Source of the DNA: Saccostrea cucullata
Taxonomy: Eukaryota
Direction of reading: 5' to 3'
Assembly (NCBI RefSeq): GCF_032062105.1
Contig: NW_026925239.1
Coordinates: 62,001-126,000 of the forward strand
Length of the DNA: 64,000 nucleotides
Of this stretch, positions 39,412 to 50,799 are shown piece after piece. Under the pieces are notes generated by a model that saw only the letters and a program-made list of their open reading frames with translations, made no database searches and was not told where the DNA came from. The position numbers and the translations under genes are program-made. The stretch's first letter is position 1. Every line of letters begins with the position of its first letter.

Positions 39412-42400
39412 ATCAAGTAAGGTCATTACTTTCTTGGAATACGCCCATTCATTGCAGTGTTAGTTTTTACCTCGGACAAATATGATTAAATTTGTTGCTT
39501 AATGATTTTTCACTAATTTGATATATTTATTTACTCAATGCACTGTAAACTGTATAAACTATGTCAATACTCTTGACAGAATGGGATCAGATTGAAGTTA
39601 ACTAGCTATTTTTCCTCAGATTTTTATTGGAGTCAAATCTCTTTCTGGGGGTGTTGGATGATATTTCCCATTTACAGCTTGTAGACATTCAGACTGCATA
39701 TTGATCACTTCTGGGAAGAATTCCCAATACCCCCAAAACTTATTAACCCAAATGTGGTGGTCTTTTATTTGACATTAACGTGGATAACTTAGGCATAGAC
39801 CTTGAAAGAAATATAATGTAGTAAAAGGAATTTTGAAACCTCAAAGTTTTCATTTAGAAAGCATATTGTATTGGACAGGTGTGGTAAAGTATTTTGTGGT
39901 AATATCATTGAAGCCTTTGGGGTCCTTATATTCTGAGTTCTGGAGAATTATAGCTTGTTTTATTGCATATACAGAATAAGATCTAAATGTCATTAGGGTG
40001 AGGCCAGTGCAGGGTTAAGAGAGAGCTATAGATTGTGCTGATTAAATGCACCGTGTATCTCAGAACCACAAAAATTGAAAAACAGTTATACATAACATTG
40101 TAAAACTTTTTATCTCAAGTAACTCTGTTTCCGTGTACCCGAGGCTTGCTTTTACCCCTTCAAAGAAAGTTCTTTATTGCATCCCCTTTTTTAGAGGTTT
40201 AGATTTACGGTCCCAAAAAAAAAAAGAAAAGAAAAAAGAGGAATATGGGGAAATAATATATCTGTATGTCTGACCCAGTTTAACCTTGTATTTTTTAACT
40301 GTCTGTCTATATAAGCACTGTTTGTTTAACTCAGTGAAGATGTTCAGTTGATTACTTTGGATGCATTCTTAAAATTCATCATAACTATAAGAATTTAAAG
40401 ATCATTACACTTACAGAATATATAGGTATTTAAATATTTAGCTTGCATATATTCTATTGTAGAGTATGTATTTTTGTGTTACAGACAGGAGTAAAATGCT
40501 TTCAATGTTCCCAGCACGTTAAACGCGTTAAGCTTTAAAATCCTTCCAGGTGGTATAAATATTCCCCTAAAGCAATTTCACTGTCTGTTTGTAAGTACTT
40601 GAGGGATTTTTAATAGCGGCACATAAAATGGCTCTTATAATTACTGCTCCAAAGCTTGGAAGAACTAATGCATTAAAAAAAAAAATGTGCTTTGTAATGA
40701 AAAAGTAAATAAATGGTACTAATATTATTATACTAAAAAATCTGCTATAAAATCATCTAAATGAATTATTGGAGCTGAATTAAGAGGACAAAAATTATAT
40801 CCATTATAGAAATATTACATGTTCTGCAAATAATAAAAATATGTATATAAAGATTTTTATAAGTGTGCTTTGTAGAATAAAAAGTCTTTTAAAAATTCAT
40901 CTACACAGTAAAATCTATTTTTCCTCCAATCTGTATCATTGTAAGGTATCTAGAGAGAACAAAAATATCCTAAATCTGTCATAGTTTCGATGCTATCTAG
41001 CAAAAGATGAGAGACATAATGAACATTATTTCTGTGAAGGCATATATTCTCTGATCTATCTGGGAGATCTAGGGGATTTGAACACTGATGGGGATATATA
41101 TTTCAAAGATGTTTTGTCTGATGGTTTGCAGTGATGACATTCAATCTTTTTTTTTTTTTTTTGGTGTGATAGCAGATAAGTTTTTTTTAGTGGTATGAAG
41201 TGTTTAGTTTTTCAGAGAAAATGGAATAGGTTATTTAGCAAAAGAAAAATTTTAAATAATCAAATATCATCTTAATTATCAAGAAATTTACATCCCTGAG
41301 CATTGAATACTCCTGTTTGTTATAAAGGGCAATAACTCTCTATAATGCATAGTTTTTTTTTTGTAATTTCAAGAAGCACATTCTTCAAATTTAAATTTTA
41401 ACACAGGTCACCATAGGAATGTATTTTTTTTCAAAGTCTTTGTCTGAATCTCGGTTTGATCTCAATCCTTGAACAGAAATTAGTCCCTTTTTGTATTTTG
41501 CAATATCCTTACAAGAATATTCCAACTGAACCAGGTAATAATTGTTGAATAAAGCCATTAGCAACCCTTTTTTTTTTTTTTTTAATAAAAGGCAATATTT
41601 ATTGCTAAATCAAGTACTGAGAAAATTTTAAATACCACACAAGTTTTTTAAAAAAAAATTGAAAGAAATGTACAGTAAGAACAGTAAGAAGAAAATGGTG
41701 TTAACACATTAATGATGCAAGCATACTATATAATTCAGTTTCAGTCAATTTACTGAATTTTAAGAAGCCGAGCAATTTAAGGACATTTTGACATTGGCTG
41801 AGAGTCTCTTAGGTATCTCAAGTGTTCAAATGATTGTGAACTTAAATGGTACATTGAGATTATATATGCAGCTTAAGTGAAATGGTTTTTAGAAAAAATC
41901 TAATTTCTCTAAGTGCTGATTTAAAATTATACTAAAAACTTACCATTTAAATGTTGTTTTTTTTTAAAGCATTTAAATAGGAGTTGTGATGAAGCATCAA
42001 TTTGAATTTTCTCTAATCAAGATTTATATGCTGTAAAATGTCTTTATCACTACAAAATTTCTAAAACAGAATCATTGAATTAGTATTTGCACATTACCAA
42101 TGCACTAAAATGTTTCTGCAATTCAGAAAATTTTAATGCACTCAAAATTGTGAAAAGTATCAGATTTTAAATTCCCGAATCATTTTAACTTGAGCATTAT
42201 AGCAAGTGTTAAATTACCAGGCGATTTCCTCTTGATTTGTAATATCCTGCATGATCAAGCATTAAATTTCCAGCTGCTCTGGAAAAGATGAAGTCAACAA
42301 AAAATACCAGTATAAACAGGCCACTCAAAGACATTATTATAAAATTTTGGGGGCATTTATCTAAATTTGCAAGTTCTGTGAAGTTTTGTTTAATTGATTT

Positions 42401-43989
42401 CTTGTAGTCCTGTTCAAGGTCCTGAAGATTACAAGTTTTATAATTAGCCATTAAAGTTAACGATCAGATATACAACAGCAGAGAACATGAAAACTTCACT
42501 TAAATGAAATTAGCATGCAGTTGTGTTTAAAAGACGTACATTATCTGATGGGCTTTTTTAGATTCTAATGTGTATTTTCTTTTCATACTTTTCAAGAAAT
42601 AGTTGAACTGGAATTAGATTCTGAAATCCTTTTAACCTAATTGCACTTCATTAATGGCATTAAGAAAAAAAACTATCTTTGTAGTGTACGTGTTTGTACT
42701 TCATTTAATAGTAAAGTGGAAATGTTGTGCAGGGTTAATGAAGATGTGTCCTGATTCACGTTAATCGGAGGCAGCATGTGCCGGGACATGAGAGAGATGT
42801 TATCACAAAGTGACGACCCCTGTAGTAAACACCGTAGTATTTTATCAAATGTCAAATTTCATGCTTCGCGGTAGGAAGCTTTAAGGTTAAGGGGCTAGCA
42901 AGCTAGTCAGAAGTGTGCAGCATAGGGCAGTATATAAAACATGGCGGGACGTACGGGTCCTTTTTGTCATTTTGCTGAGATTTGAAAATGTTGGCTGCAC
43001 TGCATTCATGTACACAATTGAAATTCTCCAGAAGTGTGTAATCTTTTGACTCCTACAGATTTACACTTGATTTATCAGCCATGTGCACTATATGCTTTAT
43101 ATGCTTTTTTGATACATTGCATTTATCTTGATGTCATTCGGGTCAGACAAATCTATAAATAAATGTTTTACATATAAAAAATGAAAAGCAAACAGTCTGT
43201 GTAAGTTCTTATTTTCAATTAACCTGTATATGTTTGCTTTATCAGTGTTTTAGATAAGAAGGTATCACATTAGAAACTTTGTAATTTCACATCTGTAATT
43301 TTTACTGAGGCATCTTCATTATCTCATAGTTTTATCCTCTTGTTTTTTAATGGCCCAATTCAGCAGAATCAGATTGTTAATGTTTTCATTTAGATTTCTA
43401 GACAAAGATTACAAATATCTTCTAAGGGCAGTTAAGTCATTTCTGCTATTCAAACAATCTCTTAAAATTATTATTGGATGTACTATGTGGCAAATAAGTT
43501 TTTCATACATTTAAGCTTCTCCTGAAATTATGTTTCATACACAAATCTTTTTTGTAATGACTCAAATTATTAGACTAAGTTTCATTTTCACAAAAGACTT
43601 AGATAATTACAGCTCTTGACAGCTAACTAAGTGTAAATTCTCTGGATTCAGCAGGAAGCAGATCATTTTACAACTGTCTTGTTTCGCCTATTAGGGATTT
43701 CTGATGTAACTTGGTATTAAATCAATATTTCATTTTCTGCATGTTGCATTCTGCTTATGGTGTTCTGTTCTACTGATGAAATTAACTATCCATTTTACCA
43801 AATATCAATGATTTTATTTTAGGTCAGATTGCAAAGCAATTTTTCCATCTTTACAACTATTTACACCAAGAATTGTATTTGGTTTTTCTGTTTTTGTCGA
43901 AATATACTTTAAAAATTACATATCGGATGAAATGTTTATTATATATCATCATTAATCTTTTGTTAGTTGCTACTATCAGTTTTGAATTT

Positions 43990-44066
43990 CTTCTTGTATG
44001 TTTTTCTCTTTACTTGTAAGCCCTGATGGGCCCCAAATTGGTATTAATAAATCTTATCTTATCTTA
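43990..44066 (+). mobile_element. Probable 3' remnant of a LINE
   Basis: GCCC-TGAT-GGGC hairpin (44020-44031), AATAAA (44046) and (TCTTA)3 tail; same architecture as the 3' end of the full-length LINE. 5' boundary undefined. Confidence 0.45.
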
Positions 44067-44583
44067 TAACTGTAAATTGTGGTCTTATCTATGGTATTGA
44101 TGAATTCAATAGTTTTAAATCTGATGAAAGTGAAGTCTTCCTTATTGAGTGCATGCAGACTCAATTTGTTCAAATCATGAAACCCCCTGAGCTAGGGTGT
44201 TACTACAAAAGTTTAAAAAGGGATGTGAATAGGATTTCATTTGAAATTTTAAATTCTTCCTTTCATGAGCAGACTGTTGAATCATAATTTTTGAAGTCAA
44301 ATCAATAAGAGAATTTAGCATCCCTATATAGAGAAGATACGGGTTTCTTCACTTCATATTTTTTTAAATTATCAAATCTTTGAATTTCAAGAACAACAAG
44401 GCAACTAGTGCATTTTTAGGTACTCATATTATAAAATCAGATTTGCTTGTCTTGACACCTGTGATGTAGATTTCATGTGATTTATAAAGAAAGGTATATG
44501 GGGTATGTATATTTAAGTTATCTAATTTTAGACATATATACTTGCAATGTATAGATGTTAATGATTGAATTTTTTCTCTCCAG

Positions 44584-44755
44584 GGAATGGTGGTGAATGG
44601 TTTTGTGAATGTGGTGATTTCTAACATTGAGCGGCGGTACGACCTGACCAGTACGGAGACGGGAACCATCGCCAGCTGCTACGACATCGCCTCAGTCCTG
44701 TGTCTCATCCCCGTCAGCTACTTTGGAGGCCTGGGATGTAAACCTCGATATCTAG
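44584..44755 (+). CDS. SLCO4A1: SLCO4A1-like exon 2
   Basis: CAG| [40 protein letters not shown] |GT; classic OATP motifs; phase 0 to 1. Confidence 0.95.
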
Positions 44756-46088
44756 GTAGTCTATTACAAATGAATGTTCTCACTTCTATTTGAAGCAAAT
44801 CGCAAGGATTCACACCTTATTGAAATCACTTTGTCTATCTGTCTGTCTCTCTTTGGACTCTATTGAACCCTTAGCTCAGGTGAGCTAAAACAAATTAAAT
44901 TATTGTATATATTGCAGTATGAAATTTACACTGGAAATACGCATACATATCCCACAATGCATCTCTTGAAAAAATGACCAGGGTTTGACACTTAAGTCCA
45001 TCCAACTGACCCAGTCTGAGTGAATAATCATGTACATGTTAAATGTATGCTAATTAACAAGATTGATCCTGATAAAATGAGCAGCAAAATGAACCTTATA
45101 TATTCTTGACTGAACTATTCCAAACTACTTTATGTACATTTTTAATTACACAAAGAAAATAATACTGCAAAAATTATCCTTTTCAGGACATATAAGATAA
45201 GAGGTATAGATTGTATATGATATATGTGCTAAAAAAAATTTAAGAACAACCAGACAATAAACACAAATCTGATGTTGTTATATCTATAATACAGGACAAT
45301 ACATGTAATACAAACACAACAGTATTAAGTACACATTCAAGTTAGAAAACATGTCATCAAATAAAGCATTAACTTTTAAATCACAATTGTGCATGTACAT
45401 TACATTGAAGTAACAGTCATAAGTATTTGATGACCATGATGACATTGATAACTGTATTTAACAACTTATGAATTGTAAAATGATAAACTATTTATTCACA
45501 TAGCTATATCCTTTATACGATTAATTGTAGATGCCTAATATATGATATTTGTCATAAAACCAAAAACAAGCCAGAAAATTTCAGATGTAATTTGGTAGCT
45601 TAGATAAAAATGAAAAATGAATATAAAACTTCTTCAGAATCACCATCCCTCACTGCCTGTTCATAGGTATCATACAAGTTCATGTAGATAAGTAATAAAG
45701 TGACACCATTTGTTTGCATGGCAATAAAATACAGTGTATAGTGCATCAATAATATAAGTAAACAAGAAATACTGAATGATTATATATAACAAAGTTACAA
45801 CTAGAAGCTCCTTTAAATACCCTTAACATCAATGTAATAAAATCCACAAGTCTCTGGATGATAGGTATTATTCTGAAGTCTATCCCCCATCTATAATGCC
45901 TAATATTTACATTTGCAAATATCTTTCTTAGATAAACCTATTGAAGAGAAAATATGTTCAGTTCTGTGTGAATGTTATTTGGGGGTCAGAGGTCATAGCG
46001 CGACCGAATCACAGAGCGAGGTGATATTTTGTTCGTGTAATAAATGCAATTTAACTCGAAATGCATGTATTCGTCTCAAATGTAAATA

Positions 46089-46252
46089 TAAGTAATAAAC
46101 AACAATGTTAAAAAGTTCACTGGGAAATGAACTTTTAGTTGGTACGTGATCAAATCTACTGAGAAGCCCTTCGGGCTTCACAGGATTTGATCACGTGACC
46201 AACTAAAAGTTCATTTCCCAGAGAACTTTTTAACATTGTTGTTTATTTCTTA
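46089..46252. mobile_element. Near-perfect palindromic (hairpin) element
   Basis: ~80-bp arms AATAAACAACAATGTTAAAAAGTTC...; centre GAAGCCC-TTC-GGGCTTC. Confidence 0.8.
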
Positions 46253-46390
46253 ATTAAACCACTATGATATAATAAGTGGTCGAAGTACACCCCAAACACT
46301 TCTGATCTGGATAAGCAGGAACACTAGTTTGTACTTACAGTTCAGTTTGATTCCAAAGGAATGATTCAGTTGAGCAACATGATATTAAGC

Positions 46391-46819
46391 TTACAAAATC
46401 ACAATACTCCCATTGCACTGATCAGTACCTAATTTTTTCAGATCTCTCTGAAACTGACTGTCAATTGACAATTGTACTTCAGCATCAAGTAATGTTAACA
46501 TATTGAGTACTTCAGTGTCACTTATAACTTTCTCCACCTGTGGTCCATTGAATTCCTCGATTAGTTTGACACAATCTTTGCGATTAATCATTCCCAAGAT
46601 TTCTGATAGGTAATGAAGGTGCCTCTTCTGAATTATTTTTCTTGAGTGCAGCAACCTAAGAATGTCTGCTGAGGTTTGACATCTGGCTGTTTCTCTTCGA
46701 GTTAAGATTTTGTCCACCTCCAACAGAAGTTTGATGTTGGACAAGTCTTCCTGTGTCAGCTTCAGTGAAATATTTAGCAGGAGTTGAGCAAACTTTGATA
46801 TTTTACGTTCATCTTCCAT
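46391..46819 (-). CDS. Death effector domain (DED)-only protein 2, nested antisense in SLCO intron 2
   Basis: FAQLLLNISLKLTQEDLSNIKLLL...SADILRLLHSRKII..RHLHYLSEILGMINRKDCVKLI fits the six-helix DED pattern; ATG in good context (ATCATGG). Confidence 0.8.
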   Translation of the reverse strand: MEDERKISKFAQLLLNISLKLTQEDLSNIKLLLEVDKILTRRETARCQTSADILRLLHSRKIIQKRHLHYLSEILGMINRKDCVKLIEEFNGPQVEKVISDTEVLNMLTLLDAEVQLSIDSQFQRDLKKLGTDQCNGSIVIL

Positions 46820-47016
46820 GATGTCTGTCTCTGAGGGAATTTTGGAAATGAATTTCCCTATGGTCTATATTTAAATCACGCAATCAATAGAAACACCTCA
46901 GTTAGGTACTTTAAATACCTGTTATTATGTCCAATGATAATGATAGAGTCATGGTGCATGATTCACATGTTCTTGTATAAAACATTATTTAATGCATGAA
47001 CAATTCTGGAATACAC

Positions 47017-47562
47017 TCAAATGAAGGAGGATTTTCTCCTTATTTTGTCCTCATCACTATGGTTACTTTGGGTGTCCATCTCATCAAAATCTCCAGTTAA
47101 AGTAATACAATTGCTCGAGGGCCTCCAAGATACTTCTGTGCTTATATCCCTCCTCAGAACCACCATATCTGAAGATCTCCTCAATCTAACTTCAGAATCA
47201 TCATTGAAATGCTCTGTTTTGTCGAGGTCCTGTATTTCCAATTTCATCTTGAGGTTTTCTTGCTCCTCTTGGTATTTCTGAATTCTTTTGACACAGTCCT
47301 GGCGATGAATGCGCCCCAGTATTTCTATCAACAGGGTTAGGTCGTCTTCACGTATCAACTCCTTGTGAAACATAAACCTCAGCAGGTCGGCCATATTCTG
47401 TAGAGCTTGTCCCTCCCTTTGCCTTATGTGGCCACTGACTTCTAGCAGTAACTTGACTTTGGACAGTTCAGACTCGGTAAGATGATCATCTATGTCCAGA
47501 AGGAGCTGGGCCAGAGGTGTGATAGTTAGGGTCCTCCCAGATTGAGCAGCCATCCTTGTCAT
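47017..47562 (-). CDS. Death effector domain (DED)-only protein 1, nested antisense in SLCO intron 2 (alternative ATG at 47553)
   Basis: LAQLLLDIDDHLTESELSKVKLLL...MADLLRFMFHKELIREDDLTLLIEILGRIHRQDCVKRIQKY: DED pattern, paralogous to the neighbouring ORF. Confidence 0.82.
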   Translation of the reverse strand: MTRMAAQSGRTLTITPLAQLLLDIDDHLTESELSKVKLLLEVSGHIRQREGQALQNMADLLRFMFHKELIREDDLTLLIEILGRIHRQDCVKRIQKYQEEQENLKMKLEIQDLDKTEHFNDDSEVRLRRSSDMVVLRRDISTEVSWRPSSNCITLTGDFDEMDTQSNHSDEDKIRRKSSFI

Positions 47563-48418
47563 GTAGAATCGCACGGAATGAAGGTGCAGAAAGTAGGGTA
47601 CCTAATTCAGATTAGGCATAAACCTCAGGTGTATTGAATTGCATTTCGGTTACACAAGTCACTTTTCTGCTCCACTCATGTGTTTTATGAAGATAAACTT
47701 AAAGTTGGATTTTATAAGGATCCTCTCGGAATGAGCAGCCTACCTTATCACATAGAGACACATTAAATGAAAGCAAAGATTGCAGGGTAGTCCTGATTTT
47801 GATTACTCACAAACCTAAGGTGTATTGAATTGTCTTTCAATTGCACAAGTCACATTTTTCATCTTCTCCTGTGTAATACATGTATGAAAATAAACTTAAG
47901 GTTGACTCTCATAAGGTGCATTCCAATGTCCATAAGTTTTCACCTGTGTATAATTAGATTACAAAGAATTGTAGTTATCTTTAGGAATGTGAATCAGATG
48001 TGCATGCTCTTCTTTTATCTTGATATATTGTAATTCATGTGTGAGAGAATGTTGAAATGCTGTAGCCTTCCATTTAATAAGGAGGTGGGCTAGATGAGTG
48101 TTCAGTTTCCTTGATTGATTTATCTGATGACCAACATTTTAGGGGTGTAGGGGAGGGGGGTTATAGAGGAATCAACATGCATAGGCTACCCTATTCCTTA
48201 CCATTATAAAATTAACTCTGGCATCATCACTGGTGTGTGCAGCATGCATGCATGTTTAAGAATTTTATGCACCATCAGTTAGCCACAAATATACATTCCA
48301 ATGAATGAAAATTTAGTCAACCTTTAGGTTATTGAACCTTCTACAGTAAAACTTAGTTATAACAAAGTTCTGGGTACCTAAGAATAACCTTATTAATGTT
48401 ATATCTATCATTTTGTAG

Positions 48419-48691
48419 GTATAGGTATCCTGGTTATGGGCCTAGGATCTATCGTCTTTGCACTACCTCAGTTTACTACAGGGCTGTACTCGTTTACGGG
48501 AGATGACGTGACGTACTGTGATATCGGGGCCAATGTCACGGCATGTACCAGCAAGGACAGCCTCTCTAACTACAAATATGTCTTCTTCCTCGGGCAGCTA
48601 CTACATGGTGCAGGGGCATCGCCCCTCTACACACTGGGAGTCACATATCTGGATGAGAATCTGCCTGTCAGATCATCCTCCATGTATATAG
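48419..48691 (+). CDS. SLCO4A1: SLCO4A1-like exon 3
   Basis: GIGILVMGLGSIVFALPQF...GQLLHGAGASPLYTLGVTYLDEN; AG/GT, phase 1-1. Confidence 0.95.
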
Positions 48692-48937
48692 GTAATTGTC
48701 TGTGAAAATAAAAGTGTGAAATCAGGTATCAAGAGTTCAAATACTGAATATGTCTTAAATATGAACTTTGCTAACTAAAATCTGCTAAAATTTATTATTT
48801 GTGTTCAGGAACTTCATGACTGTCCAATTCCTTGTCCATTTATTTGATAGAGGGTCAAGTGATGTAAAGTTAAATGTAATTTACATGTTAGTATTCTATA
48901 CGTTCCTTATGACTCTTCATTTGAATACATTTTCCAG

Positions 48938-49040
48938 GTATTTATTATGCATTTGCTATCGTGGGACCAGCTATTGGATACCTCGCAGGGGGAGCATTCC
49001 TTAACATCTATGTAGATGTTGACACTGTGGACCAAGGCAG
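48938..49040 (+). CDS. SLCO4A1: SLCO4A1-like exon 4
   Basis: GIYYAFAIVGPAIGYLAGGAFLNIYVD; phase 1-2. Confidence 0.94.
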
Positions 49041-49257
49041 GTAAGGCTGTTTTAAAACAAACTTTGTACTGTGATGAAAATAAGTTTCTTTTTACCACAA
49101 GTAAACTACATTAATTTACATTAATGGGGTCAAAATGAAATTATTCTATTGAATATTCTTTTAATGTACCAGGTAGATTGATTAGAATTGCTGAGATTGG
49201 TAGAATCAATATTTTGAGATGTGTTAAAATATATAAGATATTCTTTGTTTTCTGCAG

Positions 49258-49379
49258 TATAAATCTGACCCCCAACAGTCCCCGGTGGGTGGGGGCGTGG
49301 TGGATTGGTTTCCTACTTAGTGGGGTCCTGGCTTTCCTGGTGGCCTTCCCCATGTGTGGATTTCCCACCAAACTGCCAG
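49258..49379 (+). CDS. SLCO4A1: SLCO4A1-like exon 5 (OATP signature)
   Basis: [12 protein letters not shown], the OATP superfamily signature; phase 2-1. Confidence 0.96.
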
Positions 49380-49661
49380 GTAGGTATTTCATTGCTTACA
49401 GTGTGTTTCAGGATCCAGATCTTTTATTAGCATTTGGGGATTCAGTGAGATTTTTCTGTACAATATATGAGAATTTACAAAATAATGGTACATCATTCAT
49501 CCCAGTTTTAATTTTTTAAAGGGAATTTATACATTACATGTTACGAAATGCTGAACAAGCAACTAAAAACAAATCATTGTACCTTTATGTTCAAATTTTT
49601 TTGCTAATAAATGCAAGGGTAAAAAAATTATAACAGAGACTTTATATTTTATTGACTCCAG

Positions 49662-49841
49662 GGTCAGAGAATTATAAGAAGGAGAGGGAGAAGGAGGTGT
49701 ACCACAGGAAAGCAGAGTCCGCCCATACTGAGTCTACCGACAGCCAGGCAGCCTGTAACATCAAACACATCTGGAAATCTGTCAAGACGCTCATCACTAA
49801 TCCTACCTTCATGTTCCTCAACCTCGCAGCTGCCTGTGAAG
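49662..49841 (+). CDS. SLCO4A1: SLCO4A1-like exon 6
   Basis: GSENY...LITNPTFMFLNLAAACEG; phase 1-1. Confidence 0.93.
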
Positions 49842-50096
49842 GTAAACGGGGGTCTGTTTTAGTAGTGTAGACCATTTTAAGGATTTAATGCAAAGATAAA
49901 AAGATTTTAATGAATCATTTAACTTTTAAAGAAGTAAGACTTTGTTTTTCTTGAGAGATTTCTTTTGGTTGGATTCATGAAAATGGGATCCTGTTTTTTT
50001 TTTTTTTTTCATTGTACTGATTTTTTTTGTAAATTACCTGGTAACTGTAAATTTTATAAAAAGAAAAATGAGGATAATTGAGTCCCTTTCTTTAAT

Positions 50097-50626
50097 CAGG
50101 TTGGGGGGAAACGTGAATTCCGCTGTAATAGTGGTATATCACTATTATAGTGAAATTCCGCTATATTTTCTGCCATATTTACCCTCGATATCATCAGATA
50201 ACATGCTTGCTGTTTAAACCGCAACTCATGATGGGTATCAAAATGGACGCTAATTGTCATCCTTACATATTATGAATTTTATTTAATTTTCTGCCGATGC
50301 GTTTAATAATGCGAACACACTTTGTAAAACGGAAGTTACATTTTTAGCATAGCAACCAGCGATTGTGGCAGTATTCGAGAAACACTGAATTCCAATTTTT
50401 CTCACTCATGTGCAGAAATTAATGCTTGTAATAATTTTCATTCTGCATTGAAAGGGGTTTGTTGAATTTACAGTAGAAAGGACAATCTTTATCTGAATGG
50501 TTACAGGTATGGAGGGCGTTGTGACAAATGCTAAAAAGCTCATTTCATATAAACTTTATTTTGATAGAACCGATATGTCACTATTATATCACTATTATAG
50601 CAGAATTTACGTTTCCCCCAAACCTG
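50097..50626. mobile_element. MITE with CAGGT termini and 5-bp TSD
   Basis: CAGGTTGGGGGAAACGTGAATTC... / ...GAATTTACGTTTCCCCCAAACCTG; TTAAT on both flanks. Confidence 0.85.
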
Positions 50627-50709
50627 TTAATAACATAAACATCATTTCAAGGAAACTAATTTGATTGTAAAGGAGGATACTATATATTATGAACAATGGG
50701 ACTTTGTAG

Positions 50710-50799
50710 GAAACTTGCTGGCAGGATTTGCTACTTTTGCTCCAAAGTTTATAGAAGCTCAGTTTAGTTTACTGGCCTCAGATGCTGCTCAGTATGTAG
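50710..50799 (+). CDS. SLCO4A1: SLCO4A1-like exon 7
   Basis: GNLLAGFATFAPKFIEAQFSLLASDAAQYVG; 90 nt, phase 1-1. Confidence 0.94.

Noticed and set aside
46089-46252. Long hairpin as a pre-miRNA or regulatory RNA for the DED genes
   Set aside because: Architecture matches palindromic non-autonomous elements; no evidence of processing from sequence alone.
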